Below, one piece after another: positions 34,860-41,736 of a stretch of DNA of 64,000 bases. Origin of the DNA: an uncultured Sphingopyxis sp. (GTDB taxonomy: Bacteria; Pseudomonadota; Alphaproteobacteria; Sphingomonadales; Sphingomonadaceae); the NCBI GenBank assembly GCA_964554455.1, contig CAZKOW010000001.1, forward strand, positions 132,951 through 196,950, given 5' to 3'. The notes below the pieces were generated by a model, which saw nothing but the letters and a program-made list of their open reading frames with translations, was not told the origin of the DNA and ran no database searches. Made by a program: the position numbers and the translations under genes. Within the stretch, counting starts at the first letter, position 1, and every line of letters starts with the position of its first letter.

Positions 34860-35141
34860 ATGGCCCATGACATCAAGGACCCCGATGCGCGGGTCGATTA
34901 TCTGTTCGATTGGGGCAGCGATTATCTGGATGGCCAGCATCTGGTGGCCAGCAGCTGGCTGGTCGCGCCCGATGTCCCCGGCGGCCTTGCCATATTGGGC
35001 CACGCCCACGATCTGGTGTCGGCAAAGGTGACGGTCGGCGGCGGCCTGGCGGGCCAGGTTTATGCGCTCACCAACCGCATCACGCTCAGCGATGGGCAAG
35101 TCGACGAACGCAGCCTGGCCATCCGGGTGGACGCCCGGTGA
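34860..35141 (+). CDS. small phage fibre-adaptor-like protein
   Basis: 93 aa. 'KDPDARVDYLFDWGSDYL...GGGLAGQVYALTNRITLSDGQVDERSLAIRV' resembles, from memory, the KDP..DY.FDW family of small phage fibre-tail adaptor proteins. Confidence 0.45.
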   Translation: MAHDIKDPDARVDYLFDWGSDYLDGQHLVASSWLVAPDVPGGLAILGHAHDLVSAKVTVGGGLAGQVYALTNRITLSDGQVDERSLAIRVDAR

Positions 35142-35704
35142 GCGCGGTGGCGATGGATCGCGGCGCGCTGCCGCTGAACCTGGGCGAAGTGCGCGACTGG
35201 CTGCGGCTGGGCACGGGCGATGGCGATGCGCGCGCCGCCGCGCTCATCCGCGTGGCGGCGGACCTGTGTGAGGCCTTTACGGGGCAAATGCTGCTGGTGC
35301 GCGGCGTGGTGGAGGAACGCGACGCCGCCGCCGGCTGGATGCCGCTGCTGCGCCGCCCGCTGGTGGCGGTCGATGGGGTGGATGCGTTGGGTGCGGCGGG
35401 GGCGGGGACGCCGCTGCCCGCCGATGCGTGGGACGTGCGGGGGGATGGGGGCGGGGGCGCTGCCGCCGCCGTCCGCCTGCATGGCGCGCTGCCGCCGCGT
35501 ATCCGGATCCGCTATCGCGCGGGCCTCGCCGATCATGGCGCGGCGCTGCCCGATGCGCTGCGCCACGGGCTGATGCGGCTGGTGCAGCACTTGCACGACG
35601 ACAGGGCCGACGCGGGCGGCGATGGGGCGGTGGCGGTGCCCGCCATCGTCGCGGCGCTGTGGCTGCCCTGGCGCCGGGTCAGCCTGGGGGGAGGCGGGCG
35701 ATGA
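35138..35704 (+). CDS. GTA g6 head-tail connector (gp6-like)
   Basis: GTG 35138 overlaps the upstream stop (or ATG 35153). 'LGEVRDWLRLGTGDGDARAAALIRVAADLCEAFTGQMLL' is typical of gp6-like adaptors. Confidence 0.8.
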   Translation: MSAVAMDRGALPLNLGEVRDWLRLGTGDGDARAAALIRVAADLCEAFTGQMLLVRGVVEERDAAAGWMPLLRRPLVAVDGVDALGAAGAGTPLPADAWDVRGDGGGGAAAAVRLHGALPPRIRIRYRAGLADHGAALPDALRHGLMRLVQHLHDDRADAGGDGAVAVPAIVAALWLPWRRVSLGGGGR

Positions 35705-36129
35705 GCGCCGCCCTTCCCTCAAGCAGCCCAGAGGCAGCGGTGACCGCGCGCCTGCTTGCCCAGCTTGGGGCCGACCGGGCGCTGCTGCGTGCGGTGCACG
35801 GCCTTTATGCCGCCCCCGTGCCGCGCATGACGCCGCCCTTTATCGAAATCGCCGTCATCGCCGCCAGCGATTGGGGAACCAAGGATCGCATGGGGTGCGA
35901 GGCGCTGGTGACGCTGCGCCACAGCGGGCTGGCGGGCGATGACGGCAGCATCGCGGCGGCGCGGCTGCGCGCGCTGATCCCCGGCCTGCGCGGCGACGCG
36001 GACGGCTGGTCCCTGGTCAGCGCCCGGCTCATCCGCGCCCGCCGCGCCTTTGACCGGCAGGGCCGGGTCGAGCAAAGCTTTGACGTGCGCGTGCGCATGC
36101 TGGCCCAATCGCCAGCGACCGCGCTCTGA
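35701..36129 (+). CDS. GTA g8 (DUF3168) tail terminator/completion protein
   Basis: 142 aa. ATGA overlap with g6. 'PPFIEIAVIAASDWGTKD...' is a DUF3168-like pattern. Confidence 0.7.
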   Translation: MSAALPSSSPEAAVTARLLAQLGADRALLRAVHGLYAAPVPRMTPPFIEIAVIAASDWGTKDRMGCEALVTLRHSGLAGDDGSIAAARLRALIPGLRGDADGWSLVSARLIRARRAFDRQGRVEQSFDVRVRMLAQSPATAL

Positions 36130-36143
36130 CGAGCCCACCGGAG

Positions 36144-36229
36144 CCCTGAGCGTGGCGAAGGGCGCGGCGCGTCAAAAGGCCAAGGTGTGCCGCCGCGTGA
36201 CGGGCTTCGACAGGCTCAGCCCTGCGGTG
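36144..36229. repeat. REP family A hairpin (degenerate)
   Basis: 'ccctgagcgtggcgaaggg ... cgggcttcgacaggctcagccctgcggtg'. Confidence 0.75.
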
Positions 36230-36256
36230 CCAGGCGGGCGGACCCTGGCCCGCGCC

Positions 36257-36601
36257 CTAATCCTTTGGCGGCACGGTGTTGCTGGAAATATGGTCGGCGA
36301 ATTTGTCGCGGAAACTTTCGATATAGTCGGCGACCTGCATGTCGGCATTTTCCTTGGCGTCGGCGGGCTTGATGCCATCGGCGCGGTCCAGCGCGACGAC
36401 CGCGGCGTGAAAGGCGGTCTGCTCCGCCTGGCACGCCGTCGTGATGCCCGCATTGAAATCGGCGTCGGGCATCTTGTCCTTCACCGCCTCATATAAGTGC
36501 GCGCGCATGCATTTGAGATAATCGCCGCGCGCCTTGTCAAGCGTGCCGGCGGTCTGAGCGGCAAGCGCCGCCGCGAACATCAGGCTGGTGCCCAGCATCA
36601 T
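36257..36601 (-). CDS. small secreted helical protein, antisense-oriented inside the GTA cluster
   Basis: 114 aa. SD GGGGAG 3 nt upstream of the ATGATG start, signal peptide 'MMLGTSLMFAAALAAQTAG' and two Cys. Native-looking GC3-rich codon usage. Confidence 0.65.
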   Translation of the reverse strand: MMLGTSLMFAAALAAQTAGTLDKARGDYLKCMRAHLYEAVKDKMPDADFNAGITTACQAEQTAFHAAVVALDRADGIKPADAKENADMQVADYIESFRDKFADHISSNTVPPKD

Positions 36602-36647
36602 CCACTCCCCGTTGTTGATGACGATTTTGTGAAAAGGAGATTAGCTC

Positions 36648-37055
36648 ATGGCAATTGAAAATGGGAGTGCCTTCCTGCTCAAGCTGGGAAATGGCGCTGT
36701 GCCGCCGGTTTACACGGCGGTGGCGGGGCTGCGCACGACGCAGCTGTCGATCAATGGTGAGGGCGTGAACGTCACCACCAAGGATTCGGGCGGGTGGCGC
36801 GCGCTCTTGTCGGGCGCGGGGGTGCGGTCGGTGTCAGTATCGGCGGCGGGCATCTTTACCGGCTCCGCGCCCGAGGCGGCGGTGCGCGGCCATGCGCTGG
36901 CCGGGACCATCGCCGATTATGAACTGAGCTTTGAAAGCGGCGAGCGGCTGCGCGGGGCGTTTCTGGTCACGCGGCTGGACTATGCCGGGGATTATAATGG
37001 CGAACGCAGCTATGCGCTGAACCTTGAATCCTCCGGCGCGGTGATCAGCCTGTGA
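36648..37055 (+). CDS. GTA g9 major tail protein
   Basis: 135 aa. 'GSAFLLKLGNG...YTAVAGLRTTQLSINGEGVNVTTKDSGGWR' is TP901-1-type major tail. SD AAGGAG. Confidence 0.88.
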   Translation: MAIENGSAFLLKLGNGAVPPVYTAVAGLRTTQLSINGEGVNVTTKDSGGWRALLSGAGVRSVSVSAAGIFTGSAPEAAVRGHALAGTIADYELSFESGERLRGAFLVTRLDYAGDYNGERSYALNLESSGAVISL

Positions 37056-37366
37056 GCGCGGCGGCAAATGCGCTGCGCGGCGAGGCGGAGCTGCGGCTGG
37101 CGGGCACCGTCTATCGGCTGCGTCCCAGCTTTGCCGCGCTGGTGGCGGCAGAGGCAGAGCTTGGCTCGCTCTTTGCGCTGGTTGACCGCGCCGCCGATGG
37201 CGCGCTGCGGCTGGACGAGCTGGCGCGGCTGCTGTGGCATTGCATCGACAATCGCCCGCCCGCGCTGACCGTGGCGGCGGTGGGCGATGCGGTGGTGGAC
37301 GCCGGGCTGGTCGCCGTGACCCCGGCGCTGCGCCAGATTCTGATGCAGATTTTGCAGGGCCGCTGA
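37052..37366 (+). CDS. GTA g10 tail assembly chaperone
   Basis: 104 aa. 'GEAELRLAGTVYRLRPSFAALVAAEAELGSLF' is typical of the GTA family protein. Confidence 0.8.
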   Translation: MSAAANALRGEAELRLAGTVYRLRPSFAALVAAEAELGSLFALVDRAADGALRLDELARLLWHCIDNRPPALTVAAVGDAVVDAGLVAVTPALRQILMQILQGR

Positions 37367-37368
37367 CC

Positions 37369-37599
37369 ATGGCCGCGCCCCCGGCGAGCGGTGCGCCCGG
37401 CTTTGGCGCGGCGGCGCTGCGCCTGGGCGGGGCAATGGCGCGGCTGGCCGGATGGACGCCCGCCGATTTCTGGGCCGCCACCCCGGCAGAGGCGGTCATG
37501 GTGCTGAACGGCTGGACGAACGGCGAAGCCAGCGGCGTGGCCCCGCCCGATGCGGCGACGCGTGCGCGATTGATGGAGCAATTTCCCGATGACCGATAA
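37369..37599 (+). CDS. GTA g10.1-like tail chaperone
   Basis: 76 aa. 'LAGWTPADFWAATPAEAVMVLNGW' motif. Starts 2 nt after the g10 stop. Confidence 0.7.
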   Translation: MAAPPASGAPGFGAAALRLGGAMARLAGWTPADFWAATPAEAVMVLNGWTNGEASGVAPPDAATRARLMEQFPDDR

Positions 37600-38170
37600 A
37601 GTGGACGAACTGGTGGTCGAACTGCGCGCCGACAGCAGCGATCTGCGCCGCGAGGTGGCCGCGTTGAAAAGCGAACTCGAAGGGCCGCTCAGCGCCGGTG
37701 CGGCGCGCGCGGGCAGCGCGATCGAGGGCGCATTGCTGCGCGCGGTGCGCACTGGCAAGCTGGGCTTTGATGACCTGAAACGCGCGGCGCTGACCGCGCT
37801 CGCCGATATTGCCCGCAGCGCGCTGGCGCAGGGCATGGGCGCGCTGGGGTTGGGGGCCTTGGGCGGGGCAGGGCAGGGCGGCGGCCTGCTCGGCGGATTG
37901 ATCGCGGGCCTGATTGGTGCCCCGGGGCGCGCGACGGGCGGGCCGGTCAGCGCCGGGCGCGCCTATGTCGTCGGCGAACGTGGCCCCGAACTGTTCGTGC
38001 CGACCAGCAGCGGGCGGGTCGACGGCGGCTTTGCCCGCTCGCCGCAGCCCGCTGCCGTGTCGATCACCGTCAATGTCGCCGCCAGCGCCAGCGAGCCGCA
38101 GCGGCTGGCGCAATCGGGGCGGCAGGTCGCCCGCGCCGTGCGCCGCGCGCTCGCCGATCTGGAGGATTGA
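37589..38170 (+). CDS. GTA g11 short tape-measure protein
   Basis: 193 aa. Coiled N-terminus, a Gly-rich segment 'GALGLGALGGAGQGGGLLGGLIAGLIGA' and 'YVVGERGPELFVP'. Confidence 0.8.
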   Translation: MTDKVDELVVELRADSSDLRREVAALKSELEGPLSAGAARAGSAIEGALLRAVRTGKLGFDDLKRAALTALADIARSALAQGMGALGLGALGGAGQGGGLLGGLIAGLIGAPGRATGGPVSAGRAYVVGERGPELFVPTSSGRVDGGFARSPQPAAVSITVNVAASASEPQRLAQSGRQVARAVRRALADLED

Positions 38171-38173
38171 GCG

Positions 38174-40492
38174 ATGGTGTGGGCGCTCACCCCCGAACGC
38201 GAGCCGCACCAGAGCGCGGATTTCATCCACCGCTTTGATCCGCGCTTCTGGACCGTCAATTTCCCGCGCCCGATGCTGGCCAGCGTGCTGGCGACCGCGC
38301 CCGACGCGCTGCGCGTCGATGCGGTGTTTCAGAACCGGCAGGATCTGTGCGGCCTGATCTGGGAGGCGCAGGACCGGTGGGACCATCCGCTGCTCGCCTA
38401 TGCCACCGCGCGCGATTTTCGCCGCTGCCGCCTGGCGTTTCGCTGGCGCTCGGGCGGGGTCAAGCCGCTGGACGCGGTCCATGGCCCGACGCTGACCATC
38501 GAGGGGCGCGATGCGGCGGGAAGCCCGCGCAGCTGGTATGTCCGCCTGTGGAATTATGCGGTCGGCACGCCGGAGGATGCGCTGGTGACGCTGGATTTTG
38601 CCGCGCTCAACGGCGGCTTCCTGCTGCCGGGGGAGGCCGACCCGGTGTTTGCGGGCGACATCGACCGGATGTTCATCTCGCTCGTCGCGCCCGATCATGA
38701 CGGGTCGAGCGGGCTGCGCCCGGCGGCGGCCGAGGGCTGGGCGGAGCTCAACGATATCCGCTGCACCGGGTCGGGCGCGGTGCTGACCATCGGCGATGTC
38801 CGCCTGCCCCCCCATGGCCTGTCGGTCGCCACCGGCTATGACGATCATTATCATCTGACGCCGCAGCGCGTGGTGCGGATGATCGACGCGCTGGGCTATC
38901 GCGGCGATATCAACCATTATGTCGGGATGAGCCATTTTCCCCGGCTGGGGCGCAGCGGCGGGGTGCTGTTTGCGGGGCTGGAGGGCGGTGCACTCGCCGG
39001 GCCATGCGCGGCCTGGCACAACAGCTTTGCCGCCGAGGCAAAGGCCGCCGGGATGGGCATCATCTGGTCGCTGTCGTTCGAGCTGTTCGATGCCTATTGC
39101 CCGCAGCCGTGGAAGCAGCGCAGCGCCGATGGCGCGCCCGCGCTGACCGGTTGGGTGCCGCCATCGACCCTCCTGTCCCCGGCGCACCCGCAGGCGATGG
39201 CCTGGCTTCAGGCGGTGGCGGCGGCTTTTGTCGGCATGGGCGTGGCCGCAGGGCTGCCCGCGAAGTTTCAGGTGGGTGAACCCTGGTGGTGGACCAACAG
39301 CGGGGGCCGCCTGTGCGCCTATGACGCCGCGACAACGGCGGCGCTGGGGCCGCTGTCGGTCGCGATTCCCGACATTGCCGGGTCCAAGAGCGCAGCACAG
39401 CGCGCGATGCTCGACGCGCTGGGCGCGCTGCTCGCCGATGCAACGGCGGCGCTGGTCGCGGCGGCGCGCGCGGCGGCGGGCCCCGGCGGGCTGGTCAGCC
39501 ATCTGCTCGTCTTTCTGCCCACCGTGCTCGACCCGGCGGCACCCGAATTGCGGCGCGCCAATGTGCCCGTCGGCTGGGCCGCGCCGGCCTTTGATGTGCT
39601 CCAGCTGGAGGATTATGACTGGCTGACCAGCGGGCGCGGGGCCGAAACCGCCCCGGCCATCGCCGCAACGGCGGCGCGGCTGAATTACCCGCTGGCGCAG
39701 CAGCATTATCTCGCGGGCTTTGTCCTCGACGGGGCCAATCGCGGCCAGTGGCGCGCGATCATGGCGGCGGCGGCGGCCGCCATCGCGCGCGGGACCGGGC
39801 GGGTGTTCCTGTGGGCGCTGCCGCAAATTGCCCGCGACGGGCTGGTGATCGGACCCTTGGAGGCACAGATGCAGGATTTTGACGCCGTGGATTTCCCGCT
39901 GGCCATTGGCCGCGCGGCAGAGGTGGTGACCGAATTCGCCACCCAGATTATCGCTGCCCCTTCGGGGCATGAACAGCGCGCGAGCGAATGGGCCGATGCC
40001 CGCATGCGCTATGACGCCGGGCCGGGGGTGCGCAGCGATGCCGAACTGGCCGAACTCGCGCGCTTTTTCCGGGCGCGGCGCGGGGCAGGGCGCGCCTTTC
40101 GCTTTCGCGATCCGCTGGACCATAGCTCGGCGCCAGCGGGCGGCGCGCCCGCCGCGCTCGACCAATTGCTGGGGGTGGGCGATGGGACGCGGCGCGATTT
40201 CCCGCTGGTCAAACATTATGGCGAAGCTGGCGATGCCCAGGTGCGGCGCATCACCCTGCCCGTCGCGGGCAGCGTGGTGGCGGCGGTGGGCGGCGCGCCG
40301 ACCACGGCCTTTGCGCTGGTCGACGATGGCGTGCTGCTGTTCGACATTGCGCCGCCGGGGGGTGCTGCGGTGCGCGCGGGCTATCTCTTTGATGTGCCGG
40401 TGCGTTTTGCCGAGGATCGGCTGACCATTTCCCACGCCACCTTCCGCGCGGGCGAGGCGATCAGCGTGCCGCTCATTGAGGTGCGGCAATGA
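38174..40492 (+). CDS. 565-aa unknown domain fused in frame to GTA g12 (DUF2460 distal tail protein)
   Basis: Single 772-aa ORF. The last 207 aa ('MQDFDAVDFPLAIG...SGHEQRASEWADARMRYDAGPGV') match the start and body of stand-alone g12. An internal GGAGG (39859-39863) plus ATG 39869 precede that part. Confidence 0.75.
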   Translation: MVWALTPEREPHQSADFIHRFDPRFWTVNFPRPMLASVLATAPDALRVDAVFQNRQDLCGLIWEAQDRWDHPLLAYATARDFRRCRLAFRWRSGGVKPLDAVHGPTLTIEGRDAAGSPRSWYVRLWNYAVGTPEDALVTLDFAALNGGFLLPGEADPVFAGDIDRMFISLVAPDHDGSSGLRPAAAEGWAELNDIRCTGSGAVLTIGDVRLPPHGLSVATGYDDHYHLTPQRVVRMIDALGYRGDINHYVGMSHFPRLGRSGGVLFAGLEGGALAGPCAAWHNSFAAEAKAAGMGIIWSLSFELFDAYCPQPWKQRSADGAPALTGWVPPSTLLSPAHPQAMAWLQAVAAAFVGMGVAAGLPAKFQVGEPWWWTNSGGRLCAYDAATTAALGPLSVAIPDIAGSKSAAQRAMLDALGALLADATAALVAAARAAAGPGGLVSHLLVFLPTVLDPAAPELRRANVPVGWAAPAFDVLQLEDYDWLTSGRGAETAPAIAATAARLNYPLAQQHYLAGFVLDGANRGQWRAIMAAAAAAIARGTGRVFLWALPQIARDGLVIGPLEAQMQDFDAVDFPLAIGRAAEVVTEFATQIIAAPSGHEQRASEWADARMRYDAGPGVRSDAELAELARFFRARRGAGRAFRFRDPLDHSSAPAGGAPAALDQLLGVGDGTRRDFPLVKHYGEAGDAQVRRITLPVAGSVVAAVGGAPTTAFALVDDGVLLFDIAPPGGAAVRAGYLFDVPVRFAEDRLTISHATFRAGEAISVPLIEVRQ

Positions 40493-41304
40493 CCGCGCCC
40501 TGGCTTGCCGACCCGCTGGTGGCGCTGGCCTGGTGCTGGCGGCTGGCGCGGCGCGACGGGCTGGTGGTGGCGCTGACCAGCCATGACCGCGATCTGTGGC
40601 GCGGCGACCTTCTCTACCGCGCCGCGCCCGGCATGCGCCCGTCACGCCTGGAACAGAGCGACCGGGTGGAGGCGCACAGCATCGATCTGGCCGGGGCCAT
40701 TACCGCCGACGCCATAAGCGCCGCCGATATTGCGGCGGGGCGCTGGGACGGGGCGATGCTGACGTTGGCGCTTGCCGATTGGGCCGATGCCGCCGCGCCG
40801 CTGCATGTCGTGGCGACGGGTCAGCTGGGCATGGTGGTGCAATCGGGACGCAGCTTTTCTGCCGATCTTGCCGGACCCTTGACCGCGCTCGACCATCCCG
40901 TTGGCCCGGCAACCGCGCCCACCTGCCGCGCCGCGCTGGGCGATGCAGACTGCCGCGTGGCGCTGGCCCCGCGCAGCTTTGTGGCCAGCGCAACGGCGCT
41001 GGTAGGCCGCACGCTGACCATCGCCGCGGTCCCGGCGGGGGAGGATTTTGCCCATGGCCGCCTGCGCTGGCTCGACGGCGCGGCGGCGGGGCTGGTGACG
41101 GCGATTGCGGCGCAGACGGGGACCCAGCTGACGCTGGCCGACGTGCCGCCCGAGCCGCCCGCGCTGCCTATGCGCGTGGAGCTGCGCGCCGGGTGTGACA
41201 AGCGGCTGGAGACCTGCGCGACGCGCTTTGCCAATGCCGCCAATTTTCGAGGAGAGGCGCATCTGCCGGGCTTTGACCTGCTGACGCGCTATCCCGGCGG
41301 ATGA
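40489..41304 (+). CDS. GTA g13 (DUF2163 + BR0599-like) hub protein
   Basis: 271 aa. 'ALAWCWRLARRDGLVVALTSHDRDL' and C-terminal 'CDKRLETCATRFANAANFRGEAHLPG'. Confidence 0.85.
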   Translation: MTAPWLADPLVALAWCWRLARRDGLVVALTSHDRDLWRGDLLYRAAPGMRPSRLEQSDRVEAHSIDLAGAITADAISAADIAAGRWDGAMLTLALADWADAAAPLHVVATGQLGMVVQSGRSFSADLAGPLTALDHPVGPATAPTCRAALGDADCRVALAPRSFVASATALVGRTLTIAAVPAGEDFAHGRLRWLDGAAAGLVTAIAAQTGTQLTLADVPPEPPALPMRVELRAGCDKRLETCATRFANAANFRGEAHLPGFDLLTRYPGG

Positions 41305-41732
41305 CGCCACTGGTGATGCACCCGGGCCCCATCGGCGCGCGGGCATGGGCGGCGGCAAAGCGACTGATTGGCGCGCGGTTCCGCTTGCAGGGGCGCGACG
41401 CCGCGACGGGGCTCGACTGCGTGGGCGTGGTGGTGGCGGCTTATGCTGCAGCGGGCGTGCGCCTGCTGGCCAGCGACAGCTATGGCCTGCGCGGCATGGC
41501 GCTGGATGCGGCGGCGGCGGCGCTGGATGGGGGCGGGCTCGCGCGCTGCGCTCAGCCGCTGGCGGCGGGCGATGTCGGGCTGTTCGCGCTGCCCGCCAGG
41601 CAATTGCACCTCGCGCTGCTTGCCCCCGACCGGATCATCCATGCCGACGCGGCGCTGCGCCGGGTGGTCGGCGCGCCCGCCGCGCGGCTGCCGCCACCGC
41701 TGCTGCGCTGGCGCTTTCAAGAGAGGATTTAG
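41301..41732 (+). CDS. GTA g14 NlpC/P60-type cell-wall peptidase
   Basis: 143 aa. 'GLDCVGVVVAAY' (catalytic Cys context) and 'HLALLAPDRIIHAD' (His). Confidence 0.8.
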   Translation: MTPLVMHPGPIGARAWAAAKRLIGARFRLQGRDAATGLDCVGVVVAAYAAAGVRLLASDSYGLRGMALDAAAAALDGGGLARCAQPLAAGDVGLFALPARQLHLALLAPDRIIHADAALRRVVGAPAARLPPPLLRWRFQERI

Positions 41733-41736
41733 AATC

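Noticed and set aside
37234-37371. Possible G/GT-type -1 programmed frameshift between g10 and g10.1. The g10.1 frame is open for 135 nt upstream and lies in the -1 frame relative to g10.
   Set aside because: I found no canonical X XXY YYZ slippery heptamer in the overlap. The nearest candidate, 'G ATT TTG', does not fit. g10.1 also has its own ATG 2 nt after the g10 stop. I cannot exclude a non-canonical shift without ribosome profiling.
37496-40645. 1049-aa minus-strand ORF, the longest in the window.
   Set aside because: It is antisense to the well-supported GTA genes g10.1-g13. Its translation is Arg/Gly/Ala/Pro-rich low-complexity sequence with no motifs. This is a typical stop-codon-poor antisense frame of high-GC DNA.
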